From positions 10,106,001 through 10,170,000 of the forward strand of contig OU015566.1 in NCBI GenBank assembly GCA_907165135.1: 64,000 bases of DNA, read 5' to 3'. The stretch comes from Oikopleura dioica. Its lineage: Eukaryota; Animalia; Chordata. Position numbers and translations under genes: made by a program. Of the stretch, positions 32,677 through 44,799 are shown piece by piece. The stretch's first letter is position 1. Every line of letters begins with the position of its first letter. The notes beneath the pieces are model-generated. The model was not told the DNA's origin, ran no database searches, and saw nothing but the letters and a program-made list of their open reading frames with translations.

Positions 32677-35256
32677 CCCTCTGCTGCGTACTAAGAAAAC
32701 TTTTAATTTGAACAGCAAAAATCTAAACTCTATCATTGCCTTCCAATGCCTCTTAATTCTCTACTTCCACATACTTCCTTAATCCTCGTTTTTAAACAAG
32801 CTGTACATATGTTTATTTTCTTCTTCGTTCTTTCAATGATTTCAAACCTAGTTTACTAAGAATCGCAATATCAAAAGAAAACTTCGTTCCAACTTCTATC
32901 GCTCGAGTTCAACTTGTATCTTTTACTTTTGACCTATTGAAAAATCCGGACGCCCAAAACAAGAATCAATTTATACCATATCAACGATCAAATAAAACTC
33001 TTATCAAAACGAGCTTATATTTCCAAAACGAAAGCTCATCAGGCCGACCACTCTGACGTTATTCCTTTTTCTAGTAGGAAATTCTACAGTAGCACTAAAC
33101 TTCAGAAAAGAGAAGGTCCTGGAGCAAGGTGTCTTTGTTGAGCGCCTCTCTTGGGATTGAATTTATTTCTTTCTTGGCACGTTTTTTGATCCTAGTCGAG
33201 ACTCTTTTCAAGACTTCAAGTGCTCTCCAAAGCCGTATTGTTAACAGGGCTCAGAATACTACGAATGCAGGCAAACTGGCAACAGTTTTTTAAACTAGAA
33301 CTATCTTGATGATCCTATTAGATACAAATTGTCGAAATCCTTAATCAAAATCCAAGCTTATTAGTAATAAGTTATTACCTTTCAAACAACAAAAAATACT
33401 GCAAGATGACTTCCGCACTGTACCTTGTATCCCTCAAACATGACCAATGGGTTGGAAAAGAACCCTGCAACAAAATATAATCCTGACGATGCCGGTGATC
33501 ATCCCCTTTTCACGCGAGAGTGATCCTTTCTCGCGGGAAATAAATATTCCCCGGGAACATCTGATCGTCACGGGCATCTGACGGTGCACCTGTCTATGTC
33601 TGGTGCAAGAAATATTTGTTTACGAGTGCTTCTTCTTTGTATAATTCGCAGGCGAGCTCACTAAAATCGTTTATTAGCAATTTTTGGCCTGGAAACAGGT
33701 GCATTTGTCATTTTGTGATTATCTGGGAACGGATTCATTATCCGCGGGGCTCAGCAATATTCATAACTGTCAGCTAATTCATCTTCAAAATTACCGCAGC
33801 CTTTAGATTTTTAGGGCGTTAATTTGGCAAGTTATTTTGGCTTCGACGCTTTTTAGGAAAGTTTAAAATGTCCAATTACTGTAGCAAGATTGAAACTAAA
33901 GGAGCAAGTTATTGTGTTGAAGTTCCACTTTAAAAAACTTGCCTAATGCTAGTGCCAACAAAGCGCCAATACGTTTTTTTTGTGTTGTTATTGTTTGATG
34001 AAGAATCAAGCACAATGGGGTGCCTGACATTGTCAAACTACAGTCAGATTTGCACCCAGGATTTGAGCGCACTTCCAAGGCATTTTCCGCATGGGTGCCC
34101 TTTGACCTGTATCGAGGGCGATTTTACGCGAGACTCGGATTTGATCTTGTTATTCCGAGATCTGGGTCGCGCGAGGGGCCGGGCTGAACCTGTTAGCCGA
34201 TCGATGGTGCCGCTGATGAAGGGCCTAAGCCTATTTGACTTCCGTTTGAAAAGCAAAGACGGTCGATATTCAACGGACATTCCGTATGGAGATCGAGAGA
34301 TTTAAATATGCAATTATTTCGCCCCTTGTTTGAACCTCTTCAAAATTTGAAAAAGATCTTTCGTAGCTGATTTTTATGAGCGAAATCAAAATTTCGAATC
34401 CTATTACATCCAAGAAAGTTGTCATAAAGTCGATAAAATCAGTTTTTGAGTACTAAGAAATAAGTTAAAAATTATCGATTCTGCTAGACGCCGTCATTTA
34501 AATCTGTCGGTTGTGTTTTCACGGGGCAGAGTGCGAGACAATTGAACTCAAGAATTGGAGCTTGAATCACACAGCTCGAGTGTGTAGTGATTTTGGAAAG
34601 CTGGAGAACAGAGACCCTTGAACTTGACTGGGCAACAACAAAAAAAGCTAACGAGAGCCCAGCATGTTGTAGCAGCATTAGCAGTCGTCGTTTCGGAGCG
34701 CCCTCTGGCGCCCGTTTGTTGCATTTGACGGTTTACTACGTCGCCTGGTCTTCAAGGCAGCCTTTTCTTTGAATCTTCTGAAGACGGTCTGTTCTAGTGG
34801 AAGTTTGATTGAGAGTAACAGACAGAGAAGAAGTGGCGCAACACTCGGCGCGCTAGGGAGCAGCGGGCGCGTGGTTCAACGCGTTACACTTGGACGAAAA
34901 GGTTGAAGAGCGCGCGCGCACCACGCAAAAAAACTCACAACAGTGAGCGCTACTGCCACTGCTTGAGATAGAGATTCGACGCCCTGCGGCTGCGCACGGA
35001 GCCTTATTGCACAAAACAGCGGTGACCTCCCCTCAAGTCAAAATTCGAATATCGCAGTCACTCCGAGTCACTCTTTCACTGCGTCTTACCAAACCGAGTA
35101 GTGAATAGGCCCTGCCGAGCGATAAGGACCCCCACTAATCGAGAAAGAGAGAAGACAACCCAGTGACAAAAACCCTAAACAAGAGACACGAAGAATAGAG
35201 ATTTTCCTGAACGAAGACGCTCAGTAACTTTCTGACGAAGACAGACCGGCACGAAG

Positions 35257-38200
35257 ATGGGCTGGAAAAGTATAGCCTTATGGCTACATTTAGCGAACAG
35301 TTGGACCTTGACGACCGAGAAAATCAGCGAAAACGAACTCTACGACCAGTAAGTTGATGAATTGGGAGGGGATGAGTCGGTTAGATTTACGATTAATCGG
35401 AAATACGGTTTGATTCCTCGCGACATATAAAATGATAGTTACTTAGAATCCTGTTTCCGGGCCCGCCTTCCTTTCCGGGGGAAATAGTTATAGAAAAACA
35501 GATGATCGATAAAATACGAATCGATCAGTGGTCCGTCAGCTTTCGGGGTAGGGCTCCTCACACCCGAGCATAGTTTTTGATGTGCGATTTTGTCACCCCG
35601 ACCCCCTGCCATGTGCGGATGGATTTGCGGCTTTCTGAAGGTGATTTGGGCGGCGTTTTGGTGACGATTCTGATTGAAAATTTTGACCGAGACATTTTTC
35701 GGGGAGGAAACTCGAGCTTGATCGAAAAGTAGCTAGGTCAAGCGTGGCGAATTCAGTTCCAACCGGTTGCCCGCCTAGACCGAAGCAAGTTGAAAGTCAG
35801 CCATCCGGAACGACCTTCCAAGTGTTCGCTCTTTTCGTGATAGCGATCTTTAATCGCGCCCAATTATTTCAAAAAAGTATTAGCTACAGTGAATTCCTTT
35901 GTTGAGAGCTTTAATAGGGCTATCATTAGTTCCATTATATACTCGATGTCATTAGTTATTTATTGAAAAATATGTGATGTCGGAAAACGAAACGCGTAGG
36001 AAAAAAAGTTTGCTTGAAATCCCGGACAGGAAATAAACAAAATCGACACTTCAAAGTACCCAAATATGTTGTTTACCGGGCGGCACTTCAACCCCAAAGT
36101 GGTTTGCCTTTCCTTTTTCCTAAATCATGGTTGCCGCGTTTTGCAATTCTAAATGCAATACAGCTTCATAACATCGCTTTTAGGGACTCTGGCGAATACA
36201 TAAAAATCTTCTCGTCGAAAGGTGCTGATCAATACAAAATTTCTGGAGTCGATTCTGGACCGTTCTATGTCGAATCAAGGAGAGATGAAACTTTGTGCAG
36301 TGACAATGTCTGCGGAATCCTGTGGCTCAAACGAGGAATCAGGCTTGATAGAGAAGAGAAAGACTCGTATAAAGTTACATGTGAGTTAATTACGAGTTTA
36401 TTGCTGTCTTTAGCGCTATAATTTGCTCCTGCAGGAGTTATTGCAAGACTTGATTTTTGCTTTTTTCAAGTTTGAAAAAGGCAGGATTCTCGTCGCCTGT
36501 AAAATGATAAGCGTTTTTCTATTGCCCCTCACGCTTTTGATGAATAAAAATCAATCGCCAAGCAAGCGATAACGCTTCAATTTAGTGACGGCATTAGACA
36601 GAAACGGCAACCAGGTAGAAGAGGACACCCTTACTATCGAAGTTCTTGATGAAAACGACAACGCTCCAATCTTTACCGCTGCATCTTCCAAACTTCAATG
36701 CGATGAAAGCACTCGAACTGGCGGCAGCTGTGGAAAAGTCGAAGCAATCGATGCTGACGCTGGAAACGCTGGCGAAGTCGAATACAGACTTCTGCCCAAC
36801 CAGGAGACATGGAAAAGACGAGGCGGCGATCTGGAGACCAAGAGCATGGGAATCTTCAACATCAACAGTGAAACTGGTGAGATCACGCTGAACAATCCCG
36901 GCCCTTCTTATTGGGACGCTGAATCGTACGAATTCGTCGAGATCGAAGTAACTGCTCAGGAATGGCTCACAAATTGGCAACTTTGATCGATCGTTTGTGT
37001 TTTATATATCGTGACAAATTTAATGTAATCGGAGCGTGGCCATCGCCGCCCGTGGAACCCTTCATCCCCTTAATTTTGGATCTGAGATCGATGACACGAT
37101 CTTATTTCCCAAGCTCTCTAAGCTGGGACAGTAGGCATATTTTTAAGGCCGAGCTTAGACAGCTGTCCATGTCTTGTAATCCCCTACGCGGCCTGTTGTC
37201 CATTCTCACCTATGATTTGAAACTTCAGTTTAGTCATTACACTTAGTGAGCCAAATTAGGATGCACCTGGTAAATCAGCGCGAAATCCTCCAGTCACCGA
37301 AAAGATCACAATCTACATCAAAGACGTCAACGATAACCCTCCTCGAATCGTTGACTATGAAAAGGTCATCAAAGTCGGCGAGCTGAAACCAGTCGGTTCG
37401 GCGATTGGAACCGAAAATTTCGGCGGCAAGTACTCTTTCCGAGCTACTGATGCGGTAAGATATACAAGCAGTCGAATTTCAGGCTAACATAGAATTAAGG
37501 ATGTCGACCCAGAAAACAACCGTGTTACCTTCCGGCTCAAGTCTGAATCTAGCCCCTTTGAGATTGTGAACAAAGATGATAACACAGCCTTTCTCCAAAT
37601 CGCGAAACCTGGTCTCGACTTCGAAACCCAGAAGCAATGGAACATCGAGGTCGTCGCTGAGAACAAAGATGCTGCTGATCGTGGCAAAGATGCCAACTTT
37701 GCTATCACGATTGATGTTTTGGATGAAAACGAGCCCCCAATTTGGGACGATACTAACATCATCTTCAAAGAAGGAGACACGAACGGAGCCAAATCGCTGC
37801 GAGACAACCCACGAGCGAAGGATTTAGACTTTGGTGGAAAATCTCCTGTTACTTATCGAATCACCAAGGACCCTCTTGGATTCTTCGATGTTGATCGCAA
37901 CTCTGGCACTCTTACATATGTCCACGTTAGTTCAAAATAAAAGGGTCAGGTATAATACTTTGCTTCAGGCTGCTCCACTAGATCGAGAATGTGAATCGCC
38001 AGCTTGCAACTACAGGAATGGAACCTACGCTCTCGAGCTCGAAGCCTGCGATGATGAGAACCTCTGTGCCAAGAAAACCCACTACATCTTCATCGAAGAC
38101 ATCAACGACGAGGGACCACGAATCGAATACAACGAACCCGTCTGCAACATCCTCGATTCTGGCTCCTATGTCGTTATCAAGGGCTCCACCGACGTAAGTC

Positions 38201-40764
38201 TAACTACAGTATTAACGGAAACAAGATCGCACTACTTGAGTAGTTACGATCGCGTCCAGTTTTATATTTCATCCAAGTTTGTTTTTATCTGGAAATCTGA
38301 CTAGTAAATAGACCAATTTAAACCTTATGAAAACTCAAATTCTGCTTTTAGCTGAAAGCTATCGACCGTGATGACTGCAAAAAGGACCACTGTGGTCCTT
38401 TCAATATCAAAATCGTTGGCCAGTATAGCAAGAAGTTCGACTTGTACAAAAAGGACGATGACACTTATCAACTTCGGTAGGACACGTTCAGTGGTTTTCG
38501 TATACTAAATGTTGTTAACAGATACATTCCGCAAAAGTCCCTCCCTGTGGGAGAAACGATGCACATCCAAGTAAGCGGCACCGACCACGAAGGAAACAAG
38601 CAAGACTCCGTCATCACTCTCAACGTCTGCAGGTGAGCCTTTATACAAATTGGGTTAATCCCTACTGGACAGGGGTGGACTTTCATTTATTTTTGTTCGG
38701 CCATGCATAAATTTCTCCCGCCAGGGCCGTGGTGGTGGCGGTGTAGTAAGGGGGAAAGATCACCGAAGCGTGACTCAACGGGCGGTAATCTGCGGTCTTA
38801 TTCACCACCACATGATGAGGCTTGTTTCGGAAATAGCACCCTTCGAAATGCGATTTAGATAGTTTTTTCTACCAACAAATAATTGAATTTTGCTCTTTCC
38901 ATTGATTTAATTTCCGATAGCGTGTTAATTTTGGCAAGTGGCAATGCTTTCTTTCTGAATATCGCCACCCCATCGCGCTCAATAATTCATTTTATCACTG
39001 GGACTCGCTGAAACTTGCCAATTAGGATTATAGCTTGAGGAAATCAGGCCTAGAAGCTTATCCGGATAGACGCTTGACGAAAGCAACAGGGTGTAAAATC
39101 GGTGAAATTTGAGCCCGCCTAAATTTAGAAAGCTAATCTTATTCCCGTTGATTCCTTGACACATCTCTCCCTGCTGTTCTCAGGGGAGCTGACTGAGCTG
39201 GATCGCACCGATATCGGAGCTAATCTTTAGATCTGTCAACCTGTCGGGGGCATATGGCTCTTCTTGTCGATAGAAACCAACGTCTCTCCAAAAAATTCCA
39301 CATGTTTTCCGTATCAATTTTTAACCAGCTCAATGTCGATAAATTCCATGGTTCATTATTACTAGTCACGGTTGAATATTTTCTGTAAGGATTTTAATAA
39401 CAATTAGACTCACAAGCTCTGACAGGGCTGTTTTCAATTCGCCACAAAAGGGCAACCCGCTGTGTTAGACAAATGAATCCCTGACAGTGATCCCATCGAG
39501 TTTATCTTGTCTTGGTGCGGAAAGGGGTTATAATAAATTAAAATATTTCACCCCAATTTCTTTCAACAAAGGCGGAATGCCTCCCTTTTACCAAATCCGG
39601 ATGAGAGCTCAAAGGCGTTTTCTCACGGGCGCATAATTTGGGTGGCTTCGAGGAATGTCTATAGCTTTTCCTCTAAAAAATGTTGAACGTTCTAATAAAC
39701 TACCGTAGTTGTCAAAAATCGAGTGACTCGCCAACCGTGGCTTGCCCTGTCGTTGCGACGTCGGGCTTTCCATGGTGGTGGTTCTTTGTTATGGCCGCGC
39801 TTCTTATCATTTTGGGTAAAAACCAGTTTTGCTTTTTGCATTTTAGTTCCTTTACTAACCCTCTCAATCGAGTGCTTGCTGTGATTCACTAACTAACCCT
39901 AATCCTAGATGCAAATCTGCTTTCGACGAAGCTGATTGTGGCTTTGACGAGGCCATCGCTGCAGGAGGAGGCGTTGTCGGCCCCTTCTTGGCCATTGTTA
40001 TGGCAGTTATCGTCATTACCTGTGAGTGTAATTACTAAAATCTCTTAGCTCTTCACTAAACAAAGGCTTTGCATGATTTATTCTTTTACTTTGAAACCAG
40101 TTCTCCTTGTTAATTTTAATTTTAGCAATCGTCGTTTTGCTCATCTTCATCAAAATGAGACGACAGCCTGAAAAGGCTGATGCTCTTATCGATGACGTCG
40201 ATGATGAACGTGCCAACATCATGGCTTACCACCACGAAGGTGGTGGAGAAGAGGACCAGGTAAAGATTAATTACTTTAACTTTACTTTGTTTCGCGACTT
40301 TTCATCTCTAACATCAAAAATTAGACCGATTACGATCCTGAATCCCTCGTTCGCGCCAAGCACCAGAAGAACTCGTTAATGAAGACTCGTCCCGTCAAAC
40401 CCAGCCTCCTCGGCCCTGGAATTCCTCCAGAAGACATTGGTCAATACATCAACGCGGTTAGTTGGCCCCTTGACCCGCATATATTTGACACATGTTTTAG
40501 GCAAAGGGTCAAGCAGATGAAGATCCAAGTTCACCTCCATATGACTCGCTGCTCACCTTTGACTACGAAGGAGGCAACTCCATCTGTGGCGATTTATCCG
40601 AAATTGCTTCGAATGCTTCTGATTACGACGATGTAAGATAGAATCATCAAAACTGATTCTAACTTTATTTTTAGGACATGAACCTGGACAACTGGAGCTC
40701 GCCGAAATTCCGCAAATTGGCAGATCTTTACGCCGGCCGTGAAAATGATGCCTACGATGGATGA
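35257..40764 (+). CDS. Classical cadherin (five EC repeats, TM, catenin-binding tail) with two alternative TM exons
   Basis: Ca-binding motifs LDRE, DENDNAP, DVNDNPP, DENEPP and DINDEGP. Cytoplasmic [11 protein letters not shown] (p120 site), [13 protein letters not shown] and [10 protein letters not shown] (beta-catenin site). Confidence 0.93.
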
Positions 40765-41413
40765 ATACCCTATCCGCCCAAAAACCTAATTAAATGAATA
40801 TAAAGCTGAACCGGTCGAATACCTGATTACCAGTGTGCCTTCAAAATCGTCAAAAACAACGACCGCAACAATCCAACAACCACAATGCGCCAGAAACAAA
40901 CAAAAACGTTTCATTGTGATTGCATAATCTATTATATTGTGAATAGCCAGTCGTTACCTTTCATTGTTCAAAAACTTCTACCCCACAATATCGTACCCCC
41001 ACTCGAACCAACCAAAAGCTCCTTCTGAATTCCGATCCACAAAATCTGCTTTCCTCATGCTCAGAAAACGAGCGAAATGAGGCCTTTCAAATAACAAAAT
41101 TCTGCTTTCCGTATTTTTTCAATTACCAATAATACTTCTGCTATTTGATGCATCATTTTGCATCCAAAATGGTGCCAAAATATTTTTCCTTACTACGCTG
41201 AGTTCAAGCCACCTGATATTTTGTAAGCTTTACTTGCTTGAAGGTAGATTTTTATTGAATATATTGACGAGCAAGTCGAGTTTTATTTTTAGAAATAATT
41301 CTCTGTACAAAGCATTAAAGTCCTTTATTTCTGCGAATTTCGCATAAACAGTCTTTCAAAAAATTGAATAAACAGCATAAAGAAAACATTGACGTCGTAT
41401 TTTATTCGTTTGC

Positions 41414-42313
41414 TTATCGCGCCATTCGTCGGCCAATAACTGCTCCAGCGAGAGCATTATCGTTTCTAGCACCGATAGCTGCACCCAGAAGAGCACCACG
41501 GTTAGATCTCTGAGCTTCGGCGGCTTCAAGCTCAGCTTGACTTGGCCCTGTTTGGACGATGACTGTTTTGGGTTAACGAAAATTCACGAAAAATATAATT
41601 TCACTTGCTTTTATTTTAACCCTTTCCTATGTCGCCAGCTTGCTGAGGAGGTGCAGGCTGTGGTGGAGGAACTTGTTGGTAAGTCTGCTGGTAACCTGGG
41701 TGTGGTGGGTAGCCAGGATAAGGTTGGGCAGGAGGTTGTTGATATCCAGGATGAGGAGGATAGCCTGGCTGAGCTGGTGGATAACCTGGGTAGCCAGGTT
41801 GGTGAGGAGGATAACCTGGTTGCTGAGGAGGATAGCCAGCATGCTGAGGTGGGTAGGGTGCTGGAGCAGCCTGTGGAGGAGTCTGTTGCTGAATAACTGG
41901 AGCACAGACTATCACGTTGGGCTCCGCAGGTGGAGCAGATGCAACTTCAGCTTCTTGAGCTTCAATTTGTGAGGCTTCGAGGGCCTTTCTAGTGTCCTCT
42001 TCGAATTGGCGATCGGCTTCTTCCTGGGCCTTTCGCCGTTCTTCTTGCTCTTAGAATTTTGTGAGTTGAAGTTTCAAAATAATAGAAAACCTTGAGCCTC
42101 CTTTTCCTCTTGTTCCTTTCTTGCTTGTTCCTCGGCCTCCTTCTGAGCTTGTTCTTCTGCTTCTTTCTGAGCCTGCTCTTCGGCTTCAGCTTTCTCCTGC
42201 TCTTCACGAGCAGCCTCGTCTTTCGCAGCTTTCTTTTTCTCTTTCTTGTCTTTTCGTTTATCAAAAACAGCCTTGGCGGCACCACCAACAGCTAATGCAC
42301 CGAGAAGACCCAT
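41414..42313 (-). CDS. Orphan protein: charged AQKEAEEQ repeats, GYP-rich Pro repeats and a Gly-zipper-like C-terminus
   Basis: Three exons joined by GT-AG introns in one frame, from MGLLGALAVGG to GALLGAAIGARNDNALAGAVIGRRMAR-stop. Confidence 0.7.
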
Positions 42314-42608
42314 TTTTAGTAAAGTGAATGTATTAGATTTGAATGAAAGATCATGCGATGGGAGGTGGTATTTATACAAAATTGATAGCAAATTTGCATA
42401 GAATGATTACTGACGGTCACAAGTATGCATTAAAGGAATTAGTCATTATTTTTACGTCGTAGGACGAGTTCGTTTGTTTTCTGACATTGAGAAATGCTCT
42501 CAGATTTGTGCCTTACTCAGTGATTTTCCGTTATGAAATATATATTTATTGTACTTAGTAGACATAGTGAAGTAGTTTTGCAGGTTAGGTTTGGATAAAA
42601 TACGGTAT

Positions 42609-44372
42609 TTATCGGTAATCAGAGTCATCATCCTCATCTTCAGAATCTTCATCACTGTTTTGGTCGGAAAAGTCGTTTAGGTTATTTGACGGATATCCTT
42701 GGGAGATCTTCCACTGGTAAACTCGACATTGAGGCAAAATCTCATTTTTCAAAAGCTGAGGAAAGTTAATTTAGTCAGTAGATAATGACGTTTTACCGAT
42801 CCAAAAGTGCCGTAAGGGCATGCTCCTCCAGCATCAGCCATGTATTTGGCGAACTTTGGCCAGTCGATATCATTTGGCCAGTATTTTCTGTCATCTTTGC
42901 CACTGTAAGTGAACCGAGTCTTATCCGCTTGGTTGATACACTCTTTGATATTTTCTTTCTTGTCACAATAAGATCGGATTATTTTTAATCTAAAGTCAGC
43001 ATTAGCTTTGTCTACTGCTAAGAAAGTGTTACCTTCGAGTGTCGATTTCCATATTATTCTTTCCATAAAGTTTTTCAACTTGCTCATCAAAAGAGCTGTT
43101 GAAATGGTGATACATTTCCATGTCGTAATTATTGAACTGGTAGAATCGTGCTTTCTGTTTTGTCGAAAATTGAACTTCGTCGTGTGTTTTACTTTTTCGG
43201 CTGGACGTAGAGATCCATAAAGTCCATGCAGAGTAATTTTCTCATAACTAGAATACTCTCTGCGAATTTTTCCGTTATCATGACGAAATCCATCGCCTTT
43301 GTAAACTGATCAAGGTCAGAGTTGAAGTTCGGCCCAGCATCGAGTCCCATTTCGAAGGTCTGAAAGTTTCGTGCTCGGAAGCTCCAGGGAAGTGAAGCGT
43401 TGTAGCATTCTATAAAAATGACATCATGATTGGGTCCTGAAACACGTGTAAGTCCCACCTGGTATACAATCCATGTACTTTTCGAAATGCTCGCCGGCTT
43501 TTCCGAGCATCGCGAGAAATGGCTGACCTTCACAGGCCAAGTTACAAGCATGATCAACCATTCCACTTTCTCTCTTGTACGATCCGTAAAAGAAGTCGAA
43601 TACAGATTTGTAATGACTAAGAGGCTCGCGAATCGAGGTCAGGAAAATTGTATCATCGTGCGTTACTGATCGAACTGCAGACTCATCCCAGCGGAAATGG
43701 TTGAAAATGATGTCGTATTTGTCGGTCTGAAAGAATATTTAAGGTCAGACGATTAGCTAACCGGATAATGCTAATAGCAATTGAATCCTATTAGCATCAG
43801 AATATCTCATCGTTTCTAAAACTTTACCTGTGGTGGAGCAACAAACTCAGGCTTAAACTTTCCAGGATATCCTCCAACAAAGGATGCGAGAGGCTTTGAT
43901 GCGGCATAAAGTTTATGCTTCTTCTTGAATCGATTGAGGATTTCAAAGATAGTTGAGCTCGCACATTTGTGCTTTTGAGAAAGACAATATGACGATGTGG
44001 CCTGCATGTTCGCGCTGATTCTTCGTGGGTTATTCCGAGGTTGGAAAGAAGCTCTGGGATTGTATTGAAAAACGATGAAAATGATTATGTCTGACCTTGA
44101 ATAGAGCTAGCATCTAACAACAGGTCTTCAATAGACCGGCCGTACCAAGCTGGATAGCCTTCAGAATCTACTTCGCCTTCTACAGCTACTGGAATCGGAT
44201 CATTCAGAAAATACTTATTCTTTCCATTGTCTAGTCGAAGAATATCAGGGTCAAAGTTTGGATCATCTTCTACTGCTCTTTGAAGGTTGCCGATCAAAAG
44301 GAAGCTAAACATTTTTGACTGAAAATTCTAGCGCAAAGTAACAAACCATAAAAAGCACCAAAAGCAGGACAT
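42609..44372 (-). CDS. Galactose-3-O-sulfotransferase (GAL3ST)-like protein with two apparent 1-nt frameshifts; start uncertain
   Basis: CRPHRHIVFLK plus HKCASSTIFEILNRF (5'-PSB motif, split by a frameshift at 43973-43976), FLTSIREP, and NNYDMEMYHHFNSSF (needs another base at about 43193-43197). Confidence 0.72.
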
Positions 44373-44799
44373 AATTTAGAACTGGCCGTTTCTCTACGTT
44401 CTCCATCAGCATAAAAATGTTTCTCTGAACTTATTCCAGCTCTTGTAACGAGTGAGTCAATATGCGTATCGGGTTCTCATTTAGCGGTCTTTTGCAAAAT
44501 CCACCGGTCGTTTAGTGTTTCCCCGCTGATCGCAACAGTGTGACGCTCCCCTGGCTGTTTAGTGGGAAAGTGCGCAAGCAGAAGGATGAAAATTTTCCCT
44601 TCTGTGTCGTTTCAGATATCCGAGCGTATTAGATTTCTTATATTAAAATTTAGGGCTCGTCTGTTTTTAATTTGAGTATTTTATTTACAGTTCGAAAAAA
44701 TAGCTGTATAAAAATTTTCAGTAAATAAATCAGCACAGAAATTTAAGTTATTACATGATATATTATTGCCAATAAATTATTTTGCTTTGTAGCCCGTTA

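Noticed and set aside
33896-34305. 119-aa ORF and overlapping minus-strand ORFs upstream of the cadherin
   Set aside because: No recognisable domain or splice structure; more likely non-coding regulatory DNA.
42609-44372. GAL3ST-like gene as a pseudogene
   Set aside because: Both breaks are single-base losses in A runs, in a region where the neighbouring gene shows the same error pattern.
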